Shown: piece after piece, positions 10,928-24,641 of the stretch
Numbering within the stretch: position 1 is the first letter of the stretch
Layout: each line of letters begins with the position of its first letter
Assembly: GCA_043228905.1 (NCBI GenBank)
Contig: JBHGNT010000003.1
Location: 11,594,001 to 11,658,000, forward strand
Length of the DNA stretch: 64,000 nucleotides
From: Azolla caroliniana
Lineage: Eukaryota; Plantae; Polypodiophyta
Direction of reading: 5' to 3'
The notes under the pieces: model-generated
The model's database searches: none
What the model was told of the DNA's origin: nothing
Seen by the model: only the letters and a program-made list of their open reading frames with translations
Position numbers and translations under genes: made by a program

Positions 10928-12231
10928 TCGTTTTTCCTTCTTGAATATGAAGTATACTTTGGCATTAAGGGAGGAGATACAATTCGAATCTCTCTTTTGA
11001 AAGCGGATTTACTGAAATCAAACGCTTTTTTCATTCGGCCACTTCCCGCTCAACTTTCCGAGCCAAGATTAAGGTTTATTTTGATATATGAACCCAAGCA
11101 TATACGGGCTTTATGAGGTTTTTTCATAAAACGAAATACTCCCGATAGAAAAGTAGGGTCCCTTTCACCTTATTCGCTTGCACCACCGGCTTGCTAGAGG
11201 CTCTACCGTTTCCGAAGTACAAAATAGAATCACCATGGCTAATACTTACTCTTTTATAGTCTGTCAGACTTTAAACATCTTCTTTTCTTTTCTTTTCTTT
11301 TCTTTTCTTTTCTTTTCTTTTCTTTCGGGCCTCGCCCAAGAAAGAAAGCCGGATCAAGCTAGTTATAGGCTATAAACGTAACAATTGTTATTTGGATTTT
11401 CTTATTTACACGCCTGAAGTATCAGGCAACTGTTTGAGGTCCCATGCAGCAGCAGCACGGTCTCGTTGATTTGTTTAGTCAAATGAAAAGGTGTTGCAAA
11501 AGAGTTTGATGAGGTCCAATGGCCTCGTATATTTTTCTTATTCAACACTCACTGAAAGATCCTACTACGCTACTGAGGCTGTGGGCATTGCTAATTCTTT
11601 GCCTCTTTGGAGTTCCCCTTCTTGCTTGCTTGCTTGCTTTCTTGCTTGCTTGCGCGCACGCGCGCGCAGGCGGAAGAATGGGCACATGTCATTACAACAG
11701 CGGAAGTGAAACCGGAGACCTGGCGGGAGATTACACCCATTACTGCAAACACTAATAACGAAAAGGTTGGGCAAGAAGACTCAACGATGAAGCGACACAA
11801 AATAACGTAACGAGGGCTACAAGCAGTACAACAGCTACAGGCTGTATACATTCTAACCATCCATAGTGTTGGAAGCAAAAACGACGACTATCTCAATTAT
11901 TGGGGGGAAAGGGGGTATATTTTATTTTGCAAAAAGGGGATCATGGCAAACAAAGAATCTGAGTCAAGAGTCAGTGTTGCTTGCTGTCACGAAAGGCATG
12001 GAGGATGTTGATCATTGCGTTGATGGAGATTCCGGCCAGAGAAAGCAGTGTCGTGGATTGTAGGCTAAGTTGGTTAAACTGCCTGCCTGCCTGCGCACTT
12101 GGATTTTTTCAATGAAATTGAGATACAAAAACCCCCGCCCGACCGCATGAACCGCTTCATCGAAAACCCTTCATTTTCATGCTACGTGAGATAAGCAATT
12201 TACGGCTCACTTTAAAAAATTTCACTCTTGC

Positions 12232-12696
12232 TGTTACGGGCATGACCATATAATATCCCGTGGTGAGAATTGTCGTAGTATTCTATACACGTGGATAAGT
12301 GTGAGGGTTAAACAAAGAGTCTAAAGAAGGGGAGGATTACTTTTAATCCTCGGGATTGAGACAACCCATGAGGCCAAGTGTGAACATGGCTGGGGGCCTT
12401 GAGAATTACTATAAATAAGAGGCCTAGCTACCCTCATTTGGGCATGCATTGACTACGTCGAGACTCTGTCCGTGAGTGGAACGACTCTTGTAGCAAGCGC
12501 GCTATCGTCCAGGTACGACTCGACGCCAAGGCGGTGGTATGGGACGCCGATCGAGGCTCGAGTCCGTCTCGATCCCTTCGCTCGGGGGTGGTCGGGTGGA
12601 TCGGCACCCTTCTTTCTCTCTTTTCTCTCTATTCTTTCTAGATCTATCATTGATATATCCTTATTTTATGCTTACTTTAGTACCTAATCTCTAATA
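12232..12696 (+). repeat. 5' LTR of element C (TG...TA termini)
   Basis: Direct repeat of 18816-19280. TATAAATA near 12409. Confidence 0.97.
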
Positions 12697-14305
12697 TTTG
12701 GTATCAGAGCTCATGTACTAACGTTTCTTTTGGTTTTCTTTTTGTCTTCGCGTGGGATGGCGATTGATCGTTGTGCGGTCGCCTTCATGCAGACAAGGAT
12801 TAGCAAAAGAACTTCGGTAAATTTTCCTTAATTTTTTATCTAACTTTTCTTCTCCCTTCTATACATGGGTATACTTAATATGTAGTTTTTTTTTCATATA
12901 TTCAATGATGTTGACGTGGTATTTAATTGGTTATCTTCAACGTTTACATATGTCCACGAGGTCAATACCTCGTTTGACATATAAATCATATGTGATGAGT
13001 GTCGTATGCGTACGAGGTTACTACCTCAATTGCGTATTACGTTCACGAACATATGTTACGTTCGCGTACGAGGTCAATACCTCGATTCGTTCGAAATGAT
13101 ATGCGTTGGATTTACTATGCGTAAGAGGTCAATACCTCAATTGCGAATTACGCTTAACCTTATTTTCGGATGTTTCGTGTGCGTAGAGGTATATGCCTCG
13201 ATTACGTATCCCGAATACATCATTGTTGGCTATATAAAAAAAAACGATTCATTTAGTATACGCATATGTGGTCACTTATATACGTCTCTGATCGTATATA
13301 TGTGATATATTGACATATGTGTATATTTTAGATTACGTGATTCATATCAAATGTTTTCCTAATTGGGGAGAGGATTTTGGTGGCCGTCCTCACATTTTTG
13401 TGAGAATGGCGTTGTCACCATCCCTTTTATCAACAATTTTTATTGTTGAAATTCCCGTTGGTCACTTTGATCTTTCGTTACGTAACGAACCTCGTATAGC
13501 CAAAATGATGTTGAATACGTCGGGCTTGATCCACATCAAGTAGGGTCGCTCTAATGACACACGTATCCAACATCTCCCCTCGTTACATGGATACGATGCC
13601 ACCATGAGCTCGTTCTTACGAGCGCCATTCGTAATGACGTGACCATGTGATGGGCCACATGAGCCTACGAAGACACAAGGGCTCATTCGGCTTGACCATT
13701 AGGTTACACTTTGGCATATGCCATTGTACTTACGAGGCTTGAGGGTAGGTAGCGTACAACCATAGTGGGTAATAAATGAGGGAGAAATAAGGCCACTTGA
13801 CCTATATGTTTCTTTTAAAAAAAACATATAGGGTCAAATGCCTCGCATATCTCGAATACGCCTCAAACATTAAACATTCAAGACGCGCAATCTACTTGGT
13901 TGGCTCAAGTGTTTAATGTATTTGTCCTCGAGGTCTCGAGTTCAAATATGACCAACACCATACAACATCGTTGATACATATGACTATAATACATGTTTAG
14001 ACTTTAGGTCTAAGTGCACTTCGGGGTCCTCGTAATAGGACTTAAAGAGCTGAAACCACATATGTGGGCATAGAAACATAGTTATTGTTAACATTTCTTT
14101 CGTGTATAAACTATTCATGACGCGAACATACATGGTTGAGCCTCGGGGAGCTGCCATGAAAAAAATCGATATAGAGATCAGGGAAAGGCATTCATTTGTC
14201 ACCCCCATGGTTTTTAAAACACCTCTGTGTTACCATAGTAACCTGATCTTGAACCTCATCTCATACGTCTAGAGGGGTATTGACGTGAGATCATGATATC
14301 GATTA

Positions 14306-17300
14306 ATGTTTGCCCATGATATGTTTACACCACGACAAGATGTTATGACTATTTGTCTGACCTTATTTTATTTCTTTGCCAGAAATAATCATTCAATGGC
14401 TCAGAATAACGACCCGATGCCCTCCGCTCAAGCGGAAAGACCTCAAGGAAATCCTCCTGGGACAATGTCCATTGAGGCGTATATTTTACAAGTACAACAT
14501 TTCCTTAGTTCAACCGCGCAGCAGTTGACCGAATTTCGGCAATCTCAAAGTGCTCTCGAGGCACGAGTCATTAGTCTCCAAAATGAGATTAATAGACCTG
14601 ATGAGCGTCAGGGTGAACCATCATTTGTCGTAAAGCCATTTACGGGAGATAAAAAGGAAAGAACCGAAGAAGCAATCTGCACGTGGCTGGGCCGATGGGA
14701 GTCTCATTTTGAGCTCTATCCCACGCCAGATAGTACGAAGATTGCATATGTTGGCCGAGAACTAGGGGGTAAGGCCGCCGCCTGGTGGCGTGGCCTCCGT
14801 ACTATGGGGAAATTGCCCGATACCTGGACAGACTTTGTCACAGTTTTCAAGGGTCAATTTCTACAACCTCCCTCTCGAACCGAGGCAGCACAAGCTTTAA
14901 TGAACCTCTCTAGCAGGAAGTTTTCCTCGCTAGAAGACTATGTCCACCATGCTAGAACCCAAATCCAAAAATCGGGTCTAGAAGGGGACAATTGGTTAAT
15001 AGCTTGTTTTGTCAATGGCATCCCCAATTCGGACTATCACTGGATAGTGCACGATAAGGATCCAAAATCCTTCGAAGAGGCCGTTGAGATAGTTCTTCGC
15101 TATCAACGCACTTCGAAGAAGGACCATAACAAACCCAACGAAGCGCCCGGGACTAAGCAGTCGCAATTCGTTGGGAAACGCAAGACACCCAACGAATTCA
15201 TGGATCGCGATAATAAGCGACAACATCCTTTTTGCGTATTCTGCAAAAAGAAGGGTCATACAAAAGAGCAATGTCGTAAGCTCCAACGAAAAGAGCACGA
15301 CGCCAAACCTAAAGCTACAGATCATAAAGGTCAGATTCCTAATGTCCTTCAGGTCTATACACATCATTTGAGTAATTGTCAATGTTCTTTACCTCATTAT
15401 GTATTGGGTCCCAATGATTTACTACGTGCAAACGGGTATATCAATGGATCTCCCGTACAATTTTTATTTGATTCGGGAAGCTCACACAATTTTGTGAATG
15501 ATCGTTTGGTACAGATATGGGGAATCCAACCCACCGTAAGTGATCACACCTACACGGTGCACTTGGCTGATGGAAGAGTACAACACATCAACGGGGCGAT
15601 TCATTCTTTAGGAATTTCTATTGATACCTATATAGAGGAAGTAGACTTCCATGTAATGAATCTTAGTACCACCGATGTAATACTGGGTTATCCCTGGTTT
15701 TATAATAAAAGCTCTTCTTTATTTATTGATTGGGTTCGCCATTCCATTTCTTTTGTACTCAACGATTGTACGCATTTTATTCAATGTGTAACAAAACAAT
15801 CCCTCTCGATTGTTTCCTCGTGTCCATCAATATCCGAGTTGTCTTGTTCTACGTTATTTTATTGTGTACTTGATCCGGACATTCACGTTTACAATATCGA
15901 TAATGTCTCGGGTCAATTAACATATTTTGAACAAAAACAACTTGATGAAATCGTAAACGATTTTCGTGATGTTTTTCCGAGTGAACTACCCGATGGTTTA
16001 CCTCCTAAACGTAATATAGACCATCGTATAGATATTGTACCTGGCATTGCACCCATTAGTATACCTCCGTATCGCCTAAGTCGATCTGAAGAGGATGAGG
16101 TAGCTAAGCAACTTAAGGACTATTTACGAATGGGTTATATACGTTATAGTAAATCTCCATGGGGTGCACCAGTTCTCTTGGTTAAAAAGAAAGAGGGCAC
16201 ATGGCGTATGTGTATTAATTACCGACGCTTGAATAAAGTGACGATCAAGAATTCGTACCCATTGCCCCGGGCTGACGATCTAATTGACCGTCTCCAGGGA
16301 GCTCGGTATTTTACGAAACTTGATCTCCGTACTGGCTACCATCAAATACGAATAAGTGAGGACGATGTTCCTAAAACAGCATTTCGTACGCGCTACGGCC
16401 ATTATGAGTTTTTGGTTATGCCTTTTGGTTTGACCAATGCTCCGGCTACATTTCAACAAGAAATGAATGACATTTTCCGAGAACAACTTGGAAAATTTGT
16501 CGTTATCTTCTTAGATGATATTTTAGTTTATAGCCGTACATTACAAGAACATGCTAGACATGTCCGCTTTGTTTTACAAATATTGCGTGACAAACAATTT
16601 TACGCGAAGATCTCAAAATGTGAGTTCTTCAAGAAATCAATTACTTATCTTGGACATCTCATAACCGAACGAGGAGTTGAAATTGATCCTTCTCGCATCG
16701 AGAAAATCAAGCTTTGGCCCACTCTTCGGAATATTCGAGAAGTTCGATCATTCCTTGGTTTTGTCGGATTTTTGCGAAAATCTCTTCGTAATTACTCACA
16801 ATTGACGACGCCGTTTACTGATCTTCTAAAAGGTCAAACGCGTAAGTCTACAAAACCTATTGTGTGGAATGCTACACTAGACCTCGCCTTTAAGGAACTC
16901 AAGGACTTGGTATGCAAGGCTCCTTCACTTCTTTTACCCGATCCTTCAAAACCTTTTGAGGTTGAAACCGACGCAAGCAATTATGCTATAGGTGCTGTCT
17001 TGTATCAAGATGGTAAACCAATAGCATTCGAGAGTAAGAAACTTGATTCTGCTCAATGTCGGTATACCGTTCAAGAAAAGGAATTATTTGCGGTTATACA
17101 TGCGCTCAAAACATGGCGCCATTATCTTTATGGAAATCGCTTTGTGGTAACTACGGACCACGAGTCCTTGAAATATTTTTGTGACCAACAAGACCTGAAA
17201 GGTCGTAAGGCACGATGGGCTGATCTCATCCAGGACTTTGATTTTTCCATACGATATCGTAAAGGTTCCATGAATACTGTCGCTGATGCACTAAGTCGCA

Positions 17301-18829
17301 TCCGTGAAGTTAACATGCTTAGCTTCACTGAAATAACATCAGATCTTTATGATCACCTTCGAGGAAAGTATCCTGATGACAATTATTTTGCAAAATACTG
17401 GGCAAGAGTCGAGTCTGGAACAGACACCACCACACCCTCGAAGGAATACTTCCACATTGCTAACGGTCTGCTCTACCGTAATGGGAAGGTTTGTGTTCCA
17501 GATTTACCTGAGGTCAAAAAGAGAATTCTTTTTGAATGCCATGATGCACCCTCAGCAGGGCACCCTGGAATACATCGTACACTCGTTCTCATCTCCACTC
17601 AATTTTATTGGCCTAAGATGCGTCCTGACATACATAGCTATGTGACTAAATGTCACCAATGTCAGGTTAACAAAGCCGAGCGACTTAAAGCCGCAGGACT
17701 TTTACATCCCTTGGACATTCCCAATAATAAGTGGGAAAGTATATCCATGGATTTTATTGTTAGCCTTCCTCGCACCCAAAAAGGTCATGATGCCATATGG
17801 GTTGTGGTTGACAGACTAACTAAAATGGCCAGATTTATTGCTACTAAAACCACGGTAACAGCTCCTGAATTGGCTTACCAATTCGTTGATGAGTTATTTC
17901 GTTTTTACGGGTTACCGATGGATATCGTGAGTGACCGAGATCCGAAGTTTACTAGTGACTTCTGGACGCAAGTCTTTAAGAAGTTAGAAACTACGTTGAG
18001 CATGAGCTCCACGGATCATCCTCAATCCGATGGACAGACAGAACGAGTAAATCAAATTATTGAGGACATGCTTCGAGCATACGTTGGTGCAAAACCAACA
18101 AAATGGGAACGTTACCTCCCAATTTTGGAGTTTGCTTATAACAGCTCCAAGCATACGTCGACGGGATATAGTCCTTTTATGTTGATGTATGGATTTCAGC
18201 CACGAGCCCCGATTGATGTTAATATACATCATGATGAGTTGCGAAGTACGCAAAACTTTCTTCGGGATATGCAAGATATGTTGCATATTGCACGGGATAA
18301 TATAAAAACAGCTCAAGATAGAGCGCGTTTTTATGCCGATCATCACAGGCAACCTCGTGTATTCAGCCCTGGACAAAAGGTATTTTTACGTGTACCTCAC
18401 AATTCTAAGACATTGTCTACGGGTAAGTGCGCTAAGTTAGCCCCACGGTTTTGTGGACCTTTTACAGTCCTCAAACACATTGGATCATCAGCCTATCGTC
18501 TCGCTCTTCCCGATGGTGTTGGAATCCATCCAGTCTTTCATGTAAGTCGTCTAAAAGAACTTCTAGGTTCTGGCGACAATACAGTTACAACTGAAACTCT
18601 GGTTACTTCTGAAGATTTATCTTCTAAACCACATGTACCAGAAAGAATTCTCGATGTTAAAACAAAAAAATTACGTGCTAAGGAAATCCGAGAATTTAAA
18701 ATAAAATGGATGGATAAATCAATCAAAGATGCCACATGGGAACGCGAAACGACTCTAAGAACTAACTTCCCTAACTTTCCATTGCAAGAGTGCAATGTTT
18801 TAAAGAGGGGGAGTATGTTACGGGCATGA
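14306..18829 (+). CDS. Gag-Pol polyprotein (gag, Zn knuckle, protease, RT, RNase H, integrase, chromodomain), 1507 aa uninterrupted
   Basis: Motifs [65 protein letters not shown], and a C-terminal chromodomain PERILD..KIKW..ATWE. The ORF ends inside the 3' LTR. The true start may be a later ATG (e.g. MAQNN). Confidence 0.97.
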   Translation: MFAHDMFTPRQDVMTICLTLFYFFARNNHSMAQNNDPMPSAQAERPQGNPPGTMSIEAYILQVQHFLSSTAQQLTEFRQSQSALEARVISLQNEINRPDERQGEPSFVVKPFTGDKKERTEEAICTWLGRWESHFELYPTPDSTKIAYVGRELGGKAAAWWRGLRTMGKLPDTWTDFVTVFKGQFLQPPSRTEAAQALMNLSSRKFSSLEDYVHHARTQIQKSGLEGDNWLIACFVNGIPNSDYHWIVHDKDPKSFEEAVEIVLRYQRTSKKDHNKPNEAPGTKQSQFVGKRKTPNEFMDRDNKRQHPFCVFCKKKGHTKEQCRKLQRKEHDAKPKATDHKGQIPNVLQVYTHHLSNCQCSLPHYVLGPNDLLRANGYINGSPVQFLFDSGSSHNFVNDRLVQIWGIQPTVSDHTYTVHLADGRVQHINGAIHSLGISIDTYIEEVDFHVMNLSTTDVILGYPWFYNKSSSLFIDWVRHSISFVLNDCTHFIQCVTKQSLSIVSSCPSISELSCSTLFYCVLDPDIHVYNIDNVSGQLTYFEQKQLDEIVNDFRDVFPSELPDGLPPKRNIDHRIDIVPGIAPISIPPYRLSRSEEDEVAKQLKDYLRMGYIRYSKSPWGAPVLLVKKKEGTWRMCINYRRLNKVTIKNSYPLPRADDLIDRLQGARYFTKLDLRTGYHQIRISEDDVPKTAFRTRYGHYEFLVMPFGLTNAPATFQQEMNDIFREQLGKFVVIFLDDILVYSRTLQEHARHVRFVLQILRDKQFYAKISKCEFFKKSITYLGHLITERGVEIDPSRIEKIKLWPTLRNIREVRSFLGFVGFLRKSLRNYSQLTTPFTDLLKGQTRKSTKPIVWNATLDLAFKELKDLVCKAPSLLLPDPSKPFEVETDASNYAIGAVLYQDGKPIAFESKKLDSAQCRYTVQEKELFAVIHALKTWRHYLYGNRFVVTTDHESLKYFCDQQDLKGRKARWADLIQDFDFSIRYRKGSMNTVADALSRIREVNMLSFTEITSDLYDHLRGKYPDDNYFAKYWARVESGTDTTTPSKEYFHIANGLLYRNGKVCVPDLPEVKKRILFECHDAPSAGHPGIHRTLVLISTQFYWPKMRPDIHSYVTKCHQCQVNKAERLKAAGLLHPLDIPNNKWESISMDFIVSLPRTQKGHDAIWVVVDRLTKMARFIATKTTVTAPELAYQFVDELFRFYGLPMDIVSDRDPKFTSDFWTQVFKKLETTLSMSSTDHPQSDGQTERVNQIIEDMLRAYVGAKPTKWERYLPILEFAYNSSKHTSTGYSPFMLMYGFQPRAPIDVNIHHDELRSTQNFLRDMQDMLHIARDNIKTAQDRARFYADHHRQPRVFSPGQKVFLRVPHNSKTLSTGKCAKLAPRFCGPFTVLKHIGSSAYRLALPDGVGIHPVFHVSRLKELLGSGDNTVTTETLVTSEDLSSKPHVPERILDVKTKKLRAKEIREFKIKWMDKSIKDATWERETTLRTNFPNFPLQECNVLKRGSMLRA

Positions 18830-19280
18830 CCATATAATATCCCGTGGTGAGAATTGTCGTAGTATTCTATACACGTGGATAAGTGTGAGGGTTAAACAAA
18901 GAGTCTAAAGAAGGGGAGGATTACTTTTAATCCTCGGGATTGAGACAACCCATGAGGCCAAGTGTGAACATGGCTGGGGGCCTTGAGAATTACTATAAAT
19001 AAGAGGCCTAGCTACCCTCATTTGGGCATGCATTGACTACGTCGAGACTCTGTCCGTGAGTGGAACGACTCTTGTAGCAAGCGCGCTATCGTCCAGGTAC
19101 GACTCGACGCCAAGGCGGTGGTATGGGACGCCGATCGAGGCTCGAGTCCGTCTCGATCCCTTCGCTCGGGGGTGGTCGGGTGGATCGGCACCCTTCTTTC
19201 TCTCTTTTCTCTCTATTCTTTCTAGATCTATCATTGATATATCCTTATTTTATGCTTACTTTAGTACCTAATCTCTAATA
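18816..19280 (+). repeat. 3' LTR of element C
   Basis: Direct repeat of the 5' LTR, preceded by the PPT and followed by the TSD. Confidence 0.97.
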
Positions 19281-22200
19281 CTTGCAATGGAAAGTTAGGG
19301 AAGTTTGTTGTAAGTGTATTTTCGTGTTCCCATGTGGCATCTTTGATAGACTTATCCATCCATTTTTTTTTTTAATTCTTGGATTATTTTAGAATGCAGA
19401 TTTTTTCATTTTAACATCGAGAATTCTTTCTGGTACATGTGGTTCAGAAGCTAATTCTCCAAAAGTAACCAAAGTTTCAGTTGTCATTGTATTGTCGCTA
19501 GAACCAAGAAGTTCTTTTAGACGACTTACATGAAAAACTAGATGGATTTCAATGCCATCAGGAAGAGCGAGACGATAGCCTAATGAACCAATGCGGTTGA
19601 GGACTGTAAAAGCTCCACAAAACCGTGGGGCTAACTTAGCGCACTCACCCGTAGACAATGTGTTAGAATTGTGAGCTACACATAAAAATTCATTCTGTCC
19701 AGGGTTGAATACACGAGGTTGCCTATTATGATCGGCATAAAAACGTGCTCTATCTTAAGCAATTTATATCTTATCTCGTGTAATATTCAACATATCTTGC
19801 ATATCCTGAAGAAAGCTTTGTGTACTTCGCAACTCATCATGATGTATGTTAACATCAATCGGGGCTCATGGCTGAAAATAATACATCAACATAAAAGGAC
19901 TATATCCCGTCGACTTTCCCATTTTGTTGGTTTTGCACCAATGTATGGTCGAAGCATGTCCTCAATAATTTGATTTACTCGTTTTTTCTGTCCATCGGAT
20001 TGAGGATGATTCATGGAGCTCACGCTCAATGTAGTTTCTAACTTCTTAAAGACTTGCGCCCTGAAGTTGCTAATAAACTTTGGATCTCGATCACTCACGA
20101 TATCCAAGGTGAGAATTGAGTGGAGATGAGAACGAGTGTGCGATGTATTTCAGGGTGCCCTGCTCGGGGTACATCATGGAAATCAAAAAGAATTCTCTAT
20201 TTGACCTCAGGAAAATCTAGAACACAAACCTTCCCATTATGGTAGAGCAAACCGTTAGCAATGTGGAAGGATTCCTTCAAGGATGTGGTGGTGTCTGTTC
20301 CAGACTCAACTCTTGCCCAGTATTTCGCAAAATAACTATCATCAAGATACTTTCTTCGAAGGTGATCATAAAGATCTGATGTTATTTTAGTGAAGCTAAG
20401 CATGTTAACTTCACGGATGCGACTTAGTGCATCAGTGACAGTGTTCATGGAAATTTTACGATATCATATGGAAACATCAAAGCCCTGGATGAGATCAGCA
20501 CATCGTGCCTTATGAGCTTTAAGTTCTTGTTGGTCACAAAAATATTTCAAGGACTCATGGTCCGTAGTTACCACAAAAGATTTCCATAAAAATAATGACG
20601 CGCCATGACTTGAGCGCACGAATAACTGCAAATAATTCATTTTCTTGAACGGTATACTGACATTGAGCCGAATCAAGTTTCTTACTCTCAAATGTTATTG
20701 GTTGACCATCTTGATATAATACAACACATATAGCATAATCACTTGCGTCGGTTTCAACCTGAAAAGGTTTTGAAGAATCTGGTAAAAAAAGCGAATGAGC
20801 CTTGGACACCAAGTCCTTCAATCCCTTAAAGGTGAGGTCTAGTGTAGCAGCATTCCACACAATAGGTTTTGTAGACTAACATGTTTGACCTTCGAGACGA
20901 TCAGTAAATGGTGTTGTCAATTGGGAGTAATTACGAAGAGATTTTCGCAAAAACCCGACAAAACCAAGGAATGATCGAACTTCTCGAATATTCTGAAGAG
21001 TGGGCCAAAGTTTAACTTTCTCGATGCGAGGAGGATCAATTTCAACTCCTCATTCACTTATGAGATGTCTAAGATAAGTAATTGATTTCTTGAAGAACTC
21101 ACATTTTGAGATCTTTGCGTAGAACTCCTTGTCCCGAAATGTTTGTAAAACAAAGCAGACATGTTTAGCATGTTCTTCTAATGTATGAATATAAACTAGA
21201 ATATCATCCAAGAAAATAACGAAAAAATTTCGAAGTTGTTCTCAGAAAATGTCATTCATTTCTTGTTGAAATGTGGTCGAAGCATTGGTAAAACCGAAAG
21301 GCATGACCAAAAACTCAGAATGGCCATAGCGCGTACGAAATGTTGTGTTAGGAACATCTTCCTCACTTATACAAATTTGATGGTAGCCCATACGAAGAGC
21401 AAGTTTCATAAAATATCGAGCTCTCTAAAGACGGGAATATGAATTCTTGATTGTCACTTCATTCAAGTGTTTGTAATAAATACACATACGCCATGTGCCC
21501 TCTTTCTTTTTTACCAAGAGAACAGGTGCACCCCATGGAGATTTATTATAACGTATATAACTCATTCGTAAATAGTCCTTGAGTTGCTTAGATACCTCAT
21601 ATTCTTCGGATCGACTTAACGATACGGAGGTATACTTATTGGTGCAACACTAGGGGCAATATCTATATGATATTCTATATTAGGTTTAGGAGGTAACCCA
21701 TATGGTAGTTCACTTGGGAAAACATCACGAAAATCATTTAAGATTTTATCGAGTTGTTGTTGTTCAAAATATGATAAATGACCCGAGACACTATCGATAT
21801 TATAAACATGAATGTTTAGATCAAGTACACAATAAAATAAAGAAGAACAAGACAAGTCGGATATTGATGGAGAGGAAACAATCGAAAGAGATTGTTTTTT
21901 TACACATTGAATAAAACGAGTACAATCGTAAGGTAATGGAATGGTGAACCCAATCAATAGATAAAGAAGAGTTTTTATTATAAAACCAGGAATAAACCAA
22001 TATTACATCAGTGGTACAAAGATTCATTACATGGAAGTCTACTTCCTCTGTATAAGTATGAATAGAAACTCCTAATAAATGAATCGCCCCGGTCATGTAT
22101 TGTACTCTTCCATCAGCCAAGTGCACCTTATAGGTGTGATCACTTACGGTGGGTTGGATTCCCCATATCTGAACCAAACGATCATTCACAAAGTTGTGTG

Positions 22201-24039
22201 AGCTTCCCGAATCAAATAAAAATTGTACGGGTGATCCATTGATATACCCGTTTGCACATAGTAAATCATTGGGTCCCAATACATAGTGAGCAAAAGAACA
22301 TTTACAATTACTTAAATGATGTGTATAGACCTCAAAGACATCAGGAATCTGACCTTTATGGTCTGCAACTTTGCTTTTGTTGTCGTACTCTTTCCATTGG
22401 AGCTTTCGACATTGCTCTTTTTTATGACCCTTCTTTGTGCAAAATAAACAAAAAAGATTTTGTCGCTTACAATCGCGATCCATGAATTCGTTGGGTGTCT
22501 TGCATTTCCAAGCGAATTTCAACTGCTTAGTCCCGGGCACTTCGGGTTTGTTATGGTCCTTCTTCGAAGTGCGTTGATAACGAAGAACTATTTCAACATC
22601 CTTTTCGAAGGATTTTGAATCCTTATTGTGCACTATCCAATGATAATCCGAATTGGGGATGCCATTGACAAAACAAGCTATCAACCAATTGTCCCCTTCT
22701 AGACCCGATTTTTGGATTTGGGTTCTAGCATGGTGAACATAGTCTTCTATCTAGGAAAATTTCTAGCTAGAGAGGTTCATTAAAGCTTGTGCTACCTCGG
22801 TTCGAGATGGAGTTTGCAAAAATTGACCCGTGAAAACTATGGCAATGTCTGTCTAGGTATCGGGAAATTTCCCCGTAGTGCGAAGCCCACACCACTAGGT
22901 GGCGTCCTTACCCCCTAGTTCTCAACCAACATATGCAATCTTTGTATTATCTGGCTTGGGATAGAGCTCAAAATGAGACTCCCATCGGCCCAGCCACGTG
23001 TAGATTGCTTCTTCAGTTCTTTCCTTTTTTTCTCCTGTAAATGACTTTACAACAAATGATGATTCACCTTGACGCTCATCGGGTCTATTAGTATCACGTT
23101 GTATACTAATGACATGTGCCTCGCGAGCACTATGAGATTGCCAAAGTTCGGAAATCTCATGCAAGGTAGAATTAAGCAAATTTTGTATTTGTAAAAAATA
23201 TGACTCAATGGGGATTGGCCTAGGAGGATTTCCTTGAATTCCTTCCGTTTGGGCAGATGACATCGGGTCGTTATTATGAGCCATTGAATGATAATTTCTA
23301 GCAAAGAAATAGGATAATGTCAGACAAATAGTCATAACATCATGTCATGATGTAAACATATCATGGGCAAACATTAATCGATATCATGATCTCACGTCAA
23401 TACCCCTTAGATGTATGAGATGAGGTTTCAAGATCAGGTTACTATGGTAACACAAAGGTGTTTTAAAAACCATGGGGGTGACAAATGAATGTCTTTCCCT
23501 TATCTCTATATCAATTTTTTCATGGCGGCTCCCCGAGGCTCAACCATGTATGTTCACGTCATGAATAGTTTATACACAAAAAAATATTAACAATAAACTA
23601 TGCCTCTATGCCCATCCATGTGGTTTCGGCTCTTTAAGTCCTATTACGAGGACCCCGAAGTGCACTTAGACCTAAAGTCTAAACATGTTTTATAGTCATA
23701 TGTATCAACAATGTTGTATGGTCTTGGTCATATTTGAACTTGAGACCTCGAGAACAAATACATTAAACACTTGAGCTAACTAAATGTTTTGCTCCTTTCG
23801 AATGTTTAATGTTTATGCATATGAGAGATATGTGAAGACATTTTCCCATATATGTTTTTTTAATGAAAACATATGTGGCAAGAAAGCTTATTTCCCCCTC
23901 CTTAACAAGAAAACTATGTCGCTATGTTACCCAACCTCAAGGCTCATCATTACGATGACATACCCCAAAGTGTAGCCTAATGGTCAAGCCACACAAGCCC
24001 TCTTTTCGTAGTAGGCCCACGTGGCCCATCACATGGTTA

Positions 24040-24641
24040 CATCATTACGAATGTCTTTCGTAATGATGATCTCATGGTGGCATTCTAAGCATGTAACGAG
24101 GGAGGGATGTTGCATGTGTGTGTCATAGGATCGACCTCACTTGAAGCGGGTCACCCTACGCTCTCGACATCATTGTGGCTATCATGATCGTTTCGTTATG
24201 TAATGAAATCAAAGTGACCAACGGGGATGTCAACAGAAAATATTGTTGAAAAAAGGATGATGACTACGTCATTCTCACAAAATGTGAGGACGGACACCAA
24301 GATCCTTTCCCCGAAAAGGACAACATTCAATATACCAAATCACATAGTAAACACTAATATACATCATTATGAATGTCTTTCATAATAATGATCTCATGGT
24401 GGCATTGTAAGCATGTAACAAGGGAGGGATGTTGCATGTGTGTCAGCATCATTGTGGCTATGATCGTTTCGTTATGTAACGAAAACGAAGTGACCAATGG
24501 GGATGTCAACAGAAAAGATTGTTGAAAAAAGGATGATGACTACGCCATTCTCATAAAAATGTGAGGACGAACACCCAGATCCTTTCCCCGAAAAGGACAA
24601 CATTCAATATACCAAATCACATAGTAAACACTAATATACAC
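24040..24641. repeat. Imperfect tandem duplication (~320 bp + ~280 bp) in the C' 5' UTR
   Basis: CATCATTACGAATGTCTTTC...CACTAATATAC occurs twice. The second copy has an internal deletion. Element C has a single copy. Confidence 0.85.

Larger units (their letters stand above)
12232..19280 (+). mobile_element. Intact young chromovirus (Gypsy, Tekay/Reina-like) element C
   Basis: 465-bp LTRs at 12232-12696 and 18816-19280 with no difference I could find. Perfect TSD CTTGC (12227-12231 / 19281-19285). PBS TGGTATCAGAGC (tRNA-iMet) at 12699-12710. PPT AAAGAGGGGGAG before 18816. Confidence 0.98.
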
